Source: Octopus bimaculoides (Eukaryota). Taken from it: 64,000 nt of DNA. The first letter of the stretch is position 1. The number at the start of each line of letters is the position of its first letter. The notes below the pieces were generated by a model. The model was not told the origin of the DNA, made no database searches, and worked only from the letters and a program-made list of their open reading frames with translations. Location: the NCBI RefSeq assembly GCF_001194135.2, contig NC_068982.1:63152207-63216206 (forward strand). The letters run 5' to 3'. A program made the translations under genes and the position numbers. Below, in pieces: positions 25,040 to 39,229 of this stretch.

Positions 25040-25230
25040 CTTATTTATTTTTATTACGTGCTTTCACCGCATAGTTGAGCACGGGTTTGTATCTCTTAGT
25101 GTTATGTAGTCTTTAATTTTGTTTTCTATTATGCAGTGTTTAATGTTGCTGTTTCTAATATATTGATAGTGTTTTACATAATGTGTCTAATAATCGTATT
25201 TACAGTGTGTTGTATATTCTTGTAAGTAAT
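25040..25230 (-). mobile_element. Highly decayed R4/Dong-like 3' UTR
   Basis: TTATT…ACGTGCTTTCAC motif shared with 20597 and 20940. Confidence 0.4.
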
Positions 25231-25646
25231 GACGTTTTAGTTATAAATTCATTTGCATCTCTTGCTATCATTATTACCGAAGCTTTCATGGAGATTGTTA
25301 CTGTTTCCAGTACCAAATGTCTAGATATTTTGCGAATATAAATTCAAATAAAGTAAAGGGATTATGCGTGTGGGTGGGAAGACAGCGAAGAAGAAGAGGA
25401 GTAGACTCCAGTAAGAAGTAGTGAGAGTATTGTGTACAGAGAACAATGGGGGAAGAAATAGAGATTGAAGGAAAGATCGTTGATGGGAGAAGTTTGTAAA
25501 AAAATTGAGATCAGTTGAAATGGCATGCAGAATCTGGAGGGAATGAGATGTGAGGAAGAAAACTGAAAATAAAGACTGAAGTGAGGACTCAGAGATTTGT
25601 AGCTGACCGATGTAAGAATGTGAAGAATGTAAAGTGAGTGAGAGAG

Positions 25647-25692
<46 letters not shown>

Positions 25693-25710
25693 NNNNNNNN
25701 NNNNNNNNNN

Positions 25711-25757
<47 letters not shown>

Positions 25758-26304
25758 AAGAGATGTCCCAAAAACTGACGAATCTATTAGAGATGGTCTA
25801 AGTGAATTTCAGTGAGGGATGGGGGAAATTACCGAAGAGATTTTATGTAAATATTGAAATCCTCTTTGGTTTGTGAAGTGTCAAATAGAAATATCGTTGT
25901 ATGATCGTATAGTTTAAAGTTGGGTCCTATAAGATGGAAAACATTTGGACTTCAACAAAGAACTATACTTACAAAAGCCCATCTTGGTTCCTGCATCTAG
26001 TTTGCTCCTGCATTTTTTGAAGGAAAAGCTACATGATAGTGCGAAGGCAATTGATTCTATTATGGATTTTGGAAAGGAAACGTACAATGAAAATGTGGAA
26101 TGCTTTGAAGATGTAGCTGGTAGAATGCTACAGAGATGAGATAAGCTGCCTATAGTACTAGAGACGAGTTTTTGATTTGGAAAAGTACTGTCCTTAGGAA
26201 ATTTTAGTATTTGTAAAGTTTCTCCATTTTTTGCAGAAATATTATGTTTCTTGGAAAAGACTTAACTTCTTTGGTGATAGACATCTTAAATGATTTGTAT
26301 AAAT

Positions 26305-26450
26305 ATTAAATCGACCCTAGTTCTTGACTTCGGAAGTCTTTATTTCATCGACTTCCGACAGATGAAAGGCAAAGCTGATTTCAGTGGGATTTGATCTCTG
26401 AACATATATAGTCGTAAGCAGACACTGCAAATATTTTGTTCAATACTCGA
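26305..26450 (-). mobile_element. SINE family A, decayed fragment
   Basis: ATCGACCC…ATGAAAGGCAAAG…ATTTGA motif order. Confidence 0.5.
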
Positions 26451-26756
26451 AATCTATTCCTATTAGAGCAATTTATCTCCCTGTCTGTATGAATTACTAT
26501 TATACAGATTTTGTTTATGATGTTATTGGTTTTTCATAAATACTATTAGTTTTATTATCGTGTTTCAATAGTTTTCATCTAGTTGCTACTATATTACAAG
26601 TTGCCTTTCATGTTCCTAAGCGTGAGTATAATTTCCTTCTGGGAGTGAAGAATTATGTTTAAGTCAGCTATACTGTGCTGCGGGATTTGCTTGTTGTTTC
26701 TAGTATTATTTCGGTGTTTTTCTGTTAGGCAGAGTATGTATAATGCGAGTTGTAAT

Positions 26757-26970
26757 ATGGATTTCCAAATCTGTCACAAGGTCAGCAACTTCGGGGGAGA
26801 AGTTAAGTCGATTACATCGATCCCAGTGTTCAAATGCTACTTATTTTATAGACCTCGATATGATAAACAGCAAAGTCGACCTGCGCAGAATTTGAACTCA
26901 GAACGTAAAGACGTACAAAACGCGTTAAGCATTTTGCCCGGCGTGTTAACGATTCTGCCAGCTCGCCACT
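26757..26970 (-). mobile_element. SINE family A
   Basis: Full head (reverse complement GGCGAGCTGGCAGAATCGTTAAC) and B box GAGTTCAAATT. Confidence 0.85.
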
Positions 26971-27261
26971 TCAATTCGATATTCAAGAGAATCGAGAAGG
27001 AAATTGATCTGGGACTGGGATTGAGATCATAGTTAGGATAAAACTGGAAACATAGTAGAGAATTCGCAAACTTATTGAATGAGGTACAACCACAGGTCAT
27101 AGTACAATATAGCGGGGAAACACCCACAATTCACGACAACAGAAAGAAAACCAACCGTGATATCAGAAGCATTAGTTCCGCCTATTACTCTAACAAAAGT
27201 GGCAACATTGATAGCAGAAGTAGCATTGCAAACAACAGATGCAACGCTGAAGAGCAGCCCC

Positions 27262-27295
<34 letters not shown>

Positions 27296-27619
27296 GCCAT
27301 AGTGCGGAGACCAATAGCGCAATTACCTCTTTCTTTCTAAACTGGTATGGTAGATGAAAATACGAGGCAGTTACAAAAAATATGTTTCAAGGTCGAGTGG
27401 GAGCACAGCTGAGAAAACGCAAAAGGAAAGACAGAGAAAAAAAAAACAATCCTCCCATCTTCCACTAACACGTAAACCGTAAGACCAATCACAATATACT
27501 CACAAATACAATCAATAAATACAAAGAAAGTCCGGAAAGGTGTAGGTTTCAACGAATTTCTGACAAAATTTTGCAGAAGAGACTGTTAATTCAAACTGAC
27601 GCAAACATATATTCTTTCA

Positions 27620-27949
27620 TTCTTTTGGTGCACCGCTCGTTAGTCGAAGAAATTGAGCCTTGGACTTATTCTTTGTAAACCTGGTACTTATACTATCGGT
27701 CTCTTTGCCGAACCGCTAGTTACGGGGACGTAAACACACCAAGATGGTGGAAGGACATACACAGACACGAACACACAAATATATACATATACATATACAT
27801 ATACGACAGGCTTCTTTCAGTTTCCGTCTACCAAATCCACTGACAAGGCTTTGATCGGCCAGAAGTTATAATAGGAGACACTTGTCCAGTTGGACTGAAC
27901 CCGGAACCATTTGGTTGGGAAGCAAGCTTCTTACCACACAGCTACGCCT
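27620..27949 (-). mobile_element. SINE family B
   Basis: Reverse complement matches 59187-59560. Confidence 0.82.
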
Positions 27950-28229
27950 GACCTTTAAAAAGTATAATACATACTTTGGGCTCTTAGGTAAAACCGGACA
28001 AATTTAAGCCTTTCACTATTTCTTATTCGGCTAACGACACTGGATCAGAAGGAAATCCCACAGTCTAAAGGGAGTGGTATCTGCACTCTTCTTTTCTAAC
28101 TTCTCTTAGAGTGGGCTAAAATAATCTAGGTAACCTGAGAACGGCTTCGAACCAAGTATATATACTCAACGACTTCAAGTCACTTGACACAGATGTTGTA
28201 GCCATTAATGAGAGCAAGATATCTGGAGA

Positions 28230-29500
28230 ACACACTCCGTCACGCATATTTTTGATGAACAAACATGTCGCAGTCTTTCGGGGTCGAGTAGCAGAGTGGC
28301 AGCGTTACTCAGAAAATCCTTAAATTCTTACCGGAGCTGGATGTTAACGTGATGGTCTTAAACATGAGAGGTAGTGAAGTTAGTGCTTTCAGACTAGCAG
28401 TCGTCTATACCCCAACAAGTGCAGGACGGTCCTATTTCTTCAGAAGTTTGCCTTATTTCTTATAAAAGAAAAAGATCGGAAATGTATTTTGGATGCAGAA
28501 CTATATTATGCTCAGCTTGCACATAAGAGGGGGCAGAAGCACCAAGAATCACTCAGATTTTAAACTGTCAGACAGATATCGAGACAGATTCCTGAATGTG
28601 CCAGCCTAGACACGGAGTAGCTGCAATTGGTTATCCAGTTCGTATTTAGAGATTTCGTTATTCCAGTAGATTAGAATAGTGTAAGTTGTCAACTGTTCAA
28701 CACAGTCAGTCGGCTACACAGACAGCAAATTTGTGACATGCAGAGTCGAAAATGGTATGACCAGTAGACAGGGATCCAGTTACTGGAAGCTGGACGCATC
28801 TTTACCTGTACACAAACACAGCAGGGACTGGATTAATGATTGAAATAATCGAGGGCAATCGTTCATAACTAGTCTCGCAGTGCACTGAAGATGATGATTA
28901 CAACAAAATCTATAGCAATTAGCAAAAAATTATCGAAAGAGAGGATTATACTGGAAGTGATATTGTTAGCAATCAAGAAGAAGCGATTAATGAAGGTACT
29001 GCGACCAACGTGCAAGCTACGAGAATGGTTTTTGACTATATTTTGATTCAAAACTCTACTGCTGCAATATCAAAAATATCAAAGCTAGGGCTCGTGCATT
29101 AAAACACGTTGCAAAAAGTCTACTGCAAATCTCGGGAAAAAGCACGGGAGTCTTTGAAAAGTTAATAACAGCAGATGAGATTCAGGAGGCGATGAGCTGT
29201 TGCGCGGGAAAAAAATCATCCAGTTTGGCAGGTAATTTTTCGAGTCACACGATTATATACCTGCCTTGACAATCCTATGGTAGACGTCTAGCACCATTGG
29301 GAGCTGAATGTAAGAATTTCTAGTGCTGTTAGCCGTTATGGAGTAAAGCTGCCTAGAAAGAACGCTGAAAGGGCAGATGATGCGGACAATTTTGACCCGG
29401 AGGAGAATTGAAAATTTGGATCAAAACTGGCGCTTGTTATCAGTGGACTGGTTAGTGAAGCGTGAATATGCATAATTCCAAAGAGTTCGTACACGACAAA
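28230..29500 (+). mobile_element. Tx1/L1-clade LINE remnant (APE endonuclease and linker)
   Basis: FRLAVVYTPTSAGRSYFFRSL, DRYRDRF and GSSYWKLDASL (WKLN-type linker motif); many stops. Confidence 0.6.
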
Positions 29501-31701
29501 CTCCACCTTCTGCGATACATAATGGAGAGGTTTGGTAACGAATTTTTTTTCGGTGGGGCTCTAATATATATTGATCACTAATCATTTGGAAAGTTTTGAC
29601 AGTCGCCATCATTAGTGAGTAGCTGTACTGCTGTAATGTACAATGGCACTTGCTCGGTGGGTAAAGTAAATATACAAGTACATATAATCATTTTCTGGGA
29701 TGCATCTTATAGGTAATGAATGAAGATTACCTATATAACACATGACAAAAATAGTTGTGTAGACCAATTATAAATGGGACAATGAACAGATTCTTTAAGT
29801 TACTTCATTCAAAAGATAAACTGGTGTAATTACTTAGCTTTTCAGCTCGCTTCTGTAATGCATTACATACACTTGTTATGGCTATGTCTATTATTAATAA
29901 TTTACCTCATATTTTGAACCCCTGAAATAACTTTCTAGCATTGAAGAATGAAAGAGAATAAAATTATTGGTTTGTGTCGAACATCCTATTGTTTTAAAAT
30001 CCAAACAAAGACGATAGTTATTTAAACAACAATTTTTATGTATAATTAATATGTTATTGCTTGTTTTGTGACTAATTTTATTTCATCGAACGAACTGTGT
30101 ATCCACTTTTATTGCAGAATTTGCTTTTATCTCTATCATTGCCTCCCCACTGTTCCATCTATTTTACTATTTGTTTGTTCACTTCTCTTTGTCTTCTTTA
30201 TACAGTTTCCACCATGGCTATTTGACAAAGTATGTATGCATGTTTGTATGTATGTAAGTACGTATGTTTGTGTGTATGCAAGTATGTATGCCTCTGCCAA
30301 TAAGTCGATATTTCTGTTCTTTCTATCTGTGTATAACTGACGTTAATGATGCGTCTGAAAATTATCTGGCGAGCTACAGTGTTTCTATGTTTAACACGTT
30401 GTTGGCTTAGGCCATGAAACCTGTTATTTTGAAAAGGGGAATTCAAGACTAAAATATCAAATTATAAAGTGACAAATTGCGGTTCACTGCCCTTCGAAAC
30501 TAGTTATCGGATAAAACAATTTGGCAGTGCGCTGGAGAAAATTAAAACAAAACTCACTCATTACACACACACACACACACATATACACAACACACACATA
30601 CACGCATATGTAGCCACATTAATATGTACACATACACAAGACCGTGTATATATATGCACATATGCATCCATGCATAGATACATACAAACACTTATAGCCA
30701 CATTTCTGCATCGTTCCAATTTTACTGTATGCATTGCCAAAGCAATACCACATATAACCACATAGCCACGATAACATATATACGTAGTTTTTGCATATAC
30801 AAATTCGCGTAGATATACATACATGCATATATATGAGTGTGTGTGCGTGTATGTGTGTTGTGTGTGTGTTTGTGTTTGTGTGTGTGTGTGCTGTGTGTAT
30901 GTAAGCGTGAGTTTGTATGTGTGTATGCATGTATGAATGTAAGAAATGTAAGGTGTACCATTTTAAATAAAGATAAATCTTAGCTTCGAGCTGAAAAGTA
31001 AACAAAATTATTATACCATAACTTCTCTTAACTATTTTCTGAAGTCCCACTCGGAAGAAGAATACCCTCTTCTGTACACAATGAGATTATTAACTTGAAC
31101 AAGGATAGACTTAATAGTTAAATTACATGCGCTCTCAAGAATATTTAACGAAAGATTGAAGATTTTATGAAAAGTAAAGTATATCTTTTTATTTTAACGA
31201 AGATAAAATAAGTACGAGGCTTAACATATAGATACTGGGGTCAATTCGTTCGACTAAAACCCTTTAAGGACCTGTCCCAGCATATCCTTAAACTAGTGAC
31301 TGAAATAAGGCAAATATAACATTGAGATATATCTGACTAGTGTTCTAGATTCGTATACATTTATGAGATAAAGAAATGCCATCTTCTGTCCACATAGTAA
31401 TAGGTATTATTTATACGAACTAGAATTCAGCTAAATTGGTAGGTATAAAGGCTCTGATAAGCATATATTGTAGAAAATTAGGGAACAAGAAAATTCATAT
31501 GAAAGGGAATCAATTTTTTAAAAAAGTGTTTTATAACTGACAAAAGTGTAAAATAAGTTATTATATTTACGTCTACTTTACGTTTCTATTGAATCTTTAA
31601 TCGACATTCTGTGTCATATAAATAAGAGGTTAAATAAAGAGGTGAATAGTATATTTAAAAAAAAAGATAATTAAAAATAATTTTGAAAGATTTGGACTCA
31701 C

Positions 31702-31869
31702 TTTTCAAAGACCTGGTCCAAGCATGGTCGGATACAGGAAACAATCCATAAAGGCAGAGCAAAAATCCCAATTTCTGGTGCTAGAGGAATCGGTCCACCA
31801 CCACTTATCATGATAAGCCTCCAGACACGCCTGGCTCGTTCACGAGCCAGTACCGTGGTGAAAGCACAT
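31702..31869 (-). CDS. ABHD8: ABHD8-like coding exon 3 (CAFTTVLARERARRVWRLIMISGGGPIPLAPEIGIFALPLWIVSCIRPCLDQVFE)
   Basis: Acceptor CTCTTTTAG|A completes the Gly of GHSYG; donor GAAAA|GTGAGT. IMISGGGP matches the ABHD8 IMINGGGP motif; 168 nt, phase 2 to 2. Confidence 0.93.
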
Positions 31870-34329
31870 CTAAAAGAGATAATTAGAAATATTACATAAA
31901 ATATTACAAATAATTTCAAGCAAGTTAAGAATGAAAATGCATAAGGACTTCATAAACTTTCGGCTTTCTTTATTTGTATCCATTGTTTAACGTATCTCTC
32001 GAGAGGCAAATATATGAGAGTACGTTGGCACGTATCTATATATTCTCTTTCTCATTAAAGTTTCAATTCTTATTTTGACTGATCATCTCTTTTCTGCTGT
32101 GGTAAAGTAGGAAAGTAAAGATAATGAATATAACTGGAATAATTCATTCGCTAATATATTCACCCTTAAAATGTTTAGGTTCTGTATATTATTTATTGTC
32201 CTAAGCAGGTTGGTTATATTCGTATATATATTGCAGAGTTATATTCGTATATATTCGTATATATATTGCAGAGTTTAAATACACTTGAATCTATGCATGT
32301 TGGTACACATTATGCTAACCTTATTGTAAATTAACAGAAAGATGACATACTCGTATGATTGTGGTATCCATTTTGTATTCGTAATCCATTGTACATTGTG
32401 AGTAATGATCTCAGGTTCTGGGCAAATGGACTTAGAAATTGTTCATCTCATCGTACTCCGTTTGGATAACTATAGAAGCCTTAACTTTTGCTTCCTATTT
32501 AGGATGTTCAACGCTTGTCTCGCTTGGTTTTTAGTCTAAAGCAATTTTGTTGAGGTTTCAGGATAACCTCAGATTTTGGGTCTGCTTCCGGCTGATAGCC
32601 AGAAGCCCGAATTTCTGGTGTAAAATAAAATATGGCTTCCCCATCAACAGCTTTATAATATCAGGCATTTGTAGTACTACGTTAGGTATGAAAAATACAC
32701 CTACGAGTGTATTTGATAAATGTTCTTGAAGTCATATTAAGACCCTGTTGTTACAACGTTAGGTCGTTAGCATGACATCTTCCGACTAGTTTTAGTTATT
32801 TCTTTCAGTGATTGGAGGAATTACCTAGAAGTCCTTACCTCTTGATTTTGCTACTTATGAAACGGTTCCACAAATGATTTGTAAACAAATATTGAACCCA
32901 CCACTCAAGCCTCTGGCTAAATCTTTAACTGTTATTTGGAGCCTTCGTTTTCACTTTTCTCTATTTAATCTTTCTTTCCTTCTAATAGATTCTCCTGTTC
33001 GATTTTTCCTCTGTGTAAGGCTAACTTCAGTCCAAGCATTTTTAATTTTGACTTTTATTTTGTCAAGGATTCTCTTTCTCTTTCTCTCTATCTCTCTCTT
33101 AACTAAGAAAGTTCTATACTTCATACGAATTATCTTGAGTCTAGATTCGCAATAATCTTCCAATTTCTTTTTAAATTAGCCACTAAATAAGAAGCAAAGC
33201 TCTATAGCCGACTGGAGAGAAATATTCGCAGAATATATTTCATCAAATTTTATATATAGCCTCTTCGTTATCTCTTAAATCAAAATGATAGAAAGCTAAT
33301 AATACGTTAAATACGTTATTTTCGTTTTTAAAATTTGTAATGCGGATGATAATGTCACTGAAATAATTTTAGTTGAGAGGATTTAGTGTGAGTGTGCAAA
33401 AAATAACGTCCGACACTAGAGCTTTGAATTTGGTTGATGATGAAAGCTTTGTCTTTCAAGTGTGTAGTCATTTGGTTTTGGAAATATATGAAAGTTCTCT
33501 GATGTTTGGCTATTCAGTTTCTTATGAAAAATATATTTGATATTCTTACAATAGGTGATCTTTTAATTGTTCTTGAACAACATTATCTGCTGTCATACAT
33601 CAACACATTTAAACATGTGTCGTTCGGTTATTATTGTATCTTATCTCAGAAGATATTACATTTCGCCATTGATTATAAAATTACCTATATATTTTGACGT
33701 GATCATATTCCATTTTCGACAAGTTTCTAGAACCTTCGATTGTCAATGACAATAAATGACTATAACTGTAACATTGAGAAAGCCCAGCTGATAAGTACTT
33801 TTTGAGAAAAATCAGAGAAAAGGACTTTATTAATAAATTCCAACCCAAACTAAATAAACAATAATACTAATACTAAGAGATACTATTTCTAATGCTAGGA
33901 CCACTACCACTAACAGCAACAACAATACTAAAGGTGCCCATGATGACGATAGCAGGAAAATACCAGCTAAATCAAGAGAAAAGTCAATAAAAATAATCTT
34001 ATTTAGTTCTATTATCACAACGACCCGTACCACCACCAACAACAATAATAAAAGTGATGATAATGGTGATGATGATAATTGAAATGTAAAAATCCATGGG
34101 AAATGTTACTTACAGCATTTCTAAAAATAACCAAACGATTACTGTTTCGGCTAAAGTCAAAATACAGGTCTCTTGACATTGTCAACAAACCGTGACGCCT
34201 AAACCAAACACCAACCAACTTAGGTAATTTAGTAAAGCGATACACTGATTGGTCTGAATACGGTTTGTAAAACTTGGCATTCTGGAGCCTATGCAAATAT
34301 ATTAAACTGCTTGGTGGAAGTCTGCGGAG

Positions 34330-34790
34330 GATGACATGACAAACCTTGACTATTGGGATCGGCTCAAAAGCTCAGGCTTTGCTCCCTCCACCGTCACTGT
34401 GAGCTCTATATCATCTGTATGATGTGGAAAATATTCCACCAACATTGCCCATCTTTAAAATTTGTCCGAGGCTTAGCCCCCGTGCCATCCGTCCACTATA
34501 GAAATGTTTATGTCGTATCACAACACTATTTCACCTCAATTCGCCCGCTCTCTTCAACATCGTGCCAGACACACATAAAGGAGGAAAGTGACTTCACAGC
34601 ATTCAAACGATCCTTAGACGATTACCCTCAACAAATACCAGATACACCACCCATACCCACACCTGTGAAAACAATAACTCTCTGCTTGAATGGGCTACGA
34701 TTCCCCAGAAGTGACTGTGTATCTCTTCCAGGTGGTGCTATTAAATTAGGCATGGCCTGAGTCAACTTCCGCCGAAACTTATCTAAGTAA
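34330..34790 (+). mobile_element. CR1-like LINE 3' end remnant
   Basis: Frameshifted MTNLDYWDRLK / LRLCSLHRHCELYIICMMWKI…FKRSLDDY, resembling the CR1 ORF2 C-terminus. Confidence 0.65.
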
Positions 34791-35404
34791 TTTAATGTAT
34801 GCTGTAACCTTTTAATCAAAACATGACACCGTGGGTAGAGGCTGATATCTTACCATTTCTGATGGTCATAATTATTAAAAAAATTATTAAAGATTTATAT
34901 AGAACTACATTCAGAATATGTCTATAAGCTATTGTGTTTAGACCTGGTTTAGACCTCTAAATGTTCCGTTTTGTAGATGCAATTTTTTCTTTCTTAATAA
35001 AGCACTCCGAAATTAGAAAAATAAAAAATCTGCAACAATNNNNNNNNNNNNNNNNNNNNNNNNNNNNNNNNNNNNNNNNNNNNNNNNNNNNNNNNNNNNN
35101 NNNNNNNNNNNNNNNNNNNNNNNNNNNNNNNNNNNNNNNNNNNNNNNNNNNNNNNNNNNNNNNNNNNNNNNNNNNNNNNNNNNNNNNNNNNNNNNNNNNN
35201 NNNNNNNNNNNNNNNNNNNNNNNNNNNNNNNNNNNNNNNNNNNNNNNNNNNNNNNNNNNNNNNNNNNNNNNNNNNNNNNNNNNNNNNNNNNNNNNNNNNN
35301 NNNNNNNNNNNNNNNNNNNNNNNNNNNNNNNNNNNNNNNNNNNNNNNNNNNNNNNNNNNNNNNNNNNNNNNNNNNNNNNNNNNNNNNNNNNNNNNNNNNN
35401 NNNN

Positions 35405-35440
<36 letters not shown>

Positions 35441-35629
35441 GCGGGTGCGCCTATAGTTGATAAGTACATTTTATACATAACTGTGAATATTATTCCTCTG
35501 GGGTTAAACCATAGAGCTTTCAGTAGCCAAGGGATGAGAGTGAGTTGGCTACAAATCGGTTTAGTTATTGGCATGACCAACACTGCACAGTTATGCAAAC
35601 AATTTCTAGCCTAGACTTATGAGGCTTAT

Positions 35630-36030
35630 GCAGAACGATAGCTATTGATTCGGAGCAATCACGGCTGCCTATATCCTATCTCGTTATTGTCCAGTTAATC
35701 CTTTCTTTTTTATTTCACACATTGTATTCTAACCTTATAATCTTGTATTCTTGCCTGCTTTTAGAAAATCACACAGATTGTCATCGATTTACACCGAGTA
35801 TTCTGTTTTTTTGCTTACAAATTTACCTCGAACTTACATGTTTTATATCGTTTTTTACTTATTCCTCTTCCTATTTCTGCAACACATTCATGCTTAAATT
35901 CTTCCTCAACAAACTTACGCATGCGCCTGAACATGTAGTTCTTTATTCTCATTTTCCCGCTTTCTGATGAAATGCTGAAGTTCGAAACTTGTCAGACGTT
36001 TCTATATTCATTTCTTGAGCGCAAATATAT
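35630..36030 (+). mobile_element. Decayed Penelope-like tail
   Basis: The 3' part resembles 16860-16940, including CTGATGA…CGAAAC. Confidence 0.45.
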
Positions 36031-37738
36031 CTGGCAATTCAAGTTATTTTAGTTATTAGTTTTGTACTTCAATCTGTCTGCCTGTCTGTCTGTCTTTTCC
36101 CCCATTCTTTCTATTTTCTCTCTTTCTATCTCACTCTAGCAATTTATATATGTAAACATAATATACTTCCATACACACATACACTTATGTATATATACAT
36201 ATACACACATATATGCATATGCATATTAACGCTTGCATGCGTATATGTGAGCGTGTATTTCTGCGCATGTGTGTATGTTCATTTATGCCAGTAGAGAATG
36301 TATTTCTTTATGTAATTATATGTAATAATATAATTATACATATATGCATTTAATATAACTAGGCCACTATATATCTATCAGAAAGTGAATTATCATTTCT
36401 TTCTAAAATTAAATTAAAGAGTTAGATATGATCTGTAATTTGGTGTAAACATGCGTTATATAAGATGATAAATAAATACTTTTAATATTCATTCTGTGAA
36501 CACCTTAGTTTCACACAATAATCGTCACACGCAGATGCTATAATTCTATTTTTTCATCAGAGTTGCTTGATGCTTTTTTTGTTTATAAGCAGACAAATTA
36601 ATATGTATTAATATATTGCTTGTTAAATATATTAACTCCCCTTTGTTAAAACGCAAGTTCTCTTTCTTTGTCTCTCTTCTCTCTCTCTCTTCTCTCTCTC
36701 TTCTCTCTCTCTCTTCTCTCTCCCTCTTCTCTCTCTCTCTCTGTCCCTCTTCTCTCTCTCCCCCTCTCTCCCTCTCTCTCTCAGGGTACAACTGTCAAGC
36801 ACGAGTGTAAATAAGGAGTAACGTAATAATTTATCGTTATTTTCCTGGCCTTCCGTGATACATGATTGACATAATGATAATTAGCTTAGCTATGGTAATC
36901 TGTTTTCAAATCGCAATGATCCACAGATCACATTTATCTCCGGTTTCAGAAATGTTAAGCGGATGAAAGGTTAATGTCACCAATGCGTAGGATAATAAGC
37001 TATCGAAGTTAGCGTTTCTTGAGCAATGTACTTAAGACGTGAAATAACACGTCAATTAAATTATCTACTCCTTGTTAATGAAACAATTGTTATCAACTCT
37101 TGAAACTTGAATGTCCGAGTCACTAAAAGACACCGTAAATTGCAGATGACAGGCAGTAGTCCAATAATTCATTGTATGTTTATATTATACCCAAATGGTT
37201 CGATTATTTAAGACAAGTACACATACATAAATTCTTGAGTGCAGCAATGCTGTGAATATTGAAGTGGTTATATAAATATAATATTCTCAAAATAACGATA
37301 TGTGAAATGCTTCCTTTATATCTTCTAATGCTTGGCAATGTTATTCTGATACATTCTAAAAGATATAAAATATGTAACGGTAATATCGCAAATATAGTAA
37401 ATTCCCTAAAGATCGTGGTCTCTGTCTCTTTTCCTCTAAGTAATTTAAAATAGAATATTAAATTTAAAAATATATTACTTGAGAAAGAGAACAATTTTTA
37501 CTGTATTTCTTCCTGAAAAATTAAACGAAATTAGACTAAGTAGTCCTTGTATAAAACATTACATTATGAGTGAAAAATACATATCTAATATATTAGAATA
37601 AAAAGCTTATTAGATGCTCTGGAATGTTGTTTAAAATGTTTTGTATCGATGAGCATTAAAAACTTTCCAAAATTATCATATTGCTTTTTTATGCTTTCAA
37701 CATATTGTCGCCAAATATTTGAAACAGTCTGTACTTAC

Positions 37739-38072
37739 CCATATGAATGTCCGATGATTAAATTTTTCTTTTTGCAATATCTGTCAAAAATTGCAAGGAC
37801 ATCGGCCAAAATCTCTCGGAAATGGTAAGCTCTCTTTTTTAATGGAATTTCACTCATACCATGACCGATTAGATCAGGAGCCACAATTTCGAAACCGAGG
37901 CTGGAGAAATAACTGATTTGTGTCTGCCAAATATCGGAACTTCCACCGACGCCATGAAAAAAGAACAGAACGATATTCTTCAAGGCCGAGGCTGAACGTA
38001 TACCCATTTTGAAAAGCATTCTCTTTTGGTCTTTGGATAATCCAGAGAAAAGTACATTCGACCTCGCCTTGC
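37739..38072 (-). CDS. ABHD8: ABHD8-like coding exon 2 (…LFFFHGVGGSSDIW…APDLIGHG…LIIGHSYG)
   Basis: Acceptor TTTTTTTCTTTAAG|G and donor TATGG|GTAAGT. Contains the oxyanion HGVGG motif, DLIGHG and the nucleophile elbow GHSYG; 334 nt, phase 1 to 2. Confidence 0.95.
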
Positions 38073-38401
38073 CTTAAAGAAAAAAAAATATTGAAGTTAA
38101 GGATGGACGATTAATTTGATAATATATTGCAATAATCAAGTTGTTTATAATTTCCAATGAAGAATAACATTTCTTTTCTATCGTTTCCTCTCTCTTTTAT
38201 CTTTATCTCACTCACTCTCTCTCTCTTACTCTTTCTCTCTCCCTCACACAAAATTTAATTTTTTTTTTTACATCTTTCTCTTTCTATTTAATTAGTCACT
38301 GATTAAACAAATATAACCATTATAGTTTCGAAACTAAACCTAATTAAACGCTAGTTTATCAGAGGGGATCTCACGTGTAAACAAATTGAGGATTCCTATA
38401 A

Positions 38402-38615
38402 AGCAGTGAGTTGGCAGAAACGTTAGCACGCCGAGTGAAATGCTCTGCGGTATTTCGTCTGTCGTTACGTTCTAAGTTCAAATTCCGCCGAGGCCGACCT
38501 TGCCTTTCATCCTTTCTGGGTCGATAAATTAAGTACCAGTTGCGTACTGGGGTTGATCTAATCGACTGGACCCCTACCCCAAAATTGCGGACCTTGTGCC
38601 TAGCATAGAAAAGAA
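38402..38615 (+). mobile_element. SINE family A
   Basis: TTGGCAGAAACGTTAGCACGCC…AGTTCAAATTCCGCCGAGG. Confidence 0.88.
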
Positions 38616-39229
38616 TATTCAGTATAGTGTTTAATCAAATTATCGAAGTATAAACTAAAAGTTTTCACATTTAGCTGCTAGGTGTTTTATTTAATTAGTA
38701 TTCTTCGTTAGAATATAGTTTTAAAACTCTTTAAAAAGATAACAGATAATAGATTATTAGAGGACACATATAGAGTGTTGAACAAGAAATAAATGACAAT
38801 GATGAAAGAAAATTCGACTGCGTTGAAAGTTAGGTCTATTCTTAAATGTATTAAAGGCACATTTTTCAACCAAAGATCTTGGAAATACATCATGTCCTTT
38901 TATATATAATGTATTAAGTGGTGCACGAAAATTAGAAGTATCTTTCATTTTGGTACCTTAGGGGTTAAACTTATTTTCATATACATTTGGAGCACTGATT
39001 CCAAAAGTGTCATTCATTTTCCTCTGTTGGCTATAATTAATTAAAGGTAAAAAAATAAATCAACCACATATAACTAAACCAGTTTATCCCATCTACTGAA
39101 TTTGAGTGCATTGCAGTAAGATCTACTGTGATTGTAACTAAAAAAAAAATTAGTATAAAAGGTATACAATATTCTTGTATACCTTCGTTCATACATCTTT
39201 CTAGAGTGAGGTTTATCAGAACTCTAGCA

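Noticed and set aside
27075-27302. Poly-Gln ORF on the plus strand
   Set aside because: An (AAC)n microsatellite in intron 3 with no recognisable domain or convincing splice sites.
32874-33163. Lys/Arg-rich ORF as a LINE linker
   Set aside because: No diagnostic motif could be identified by eye.
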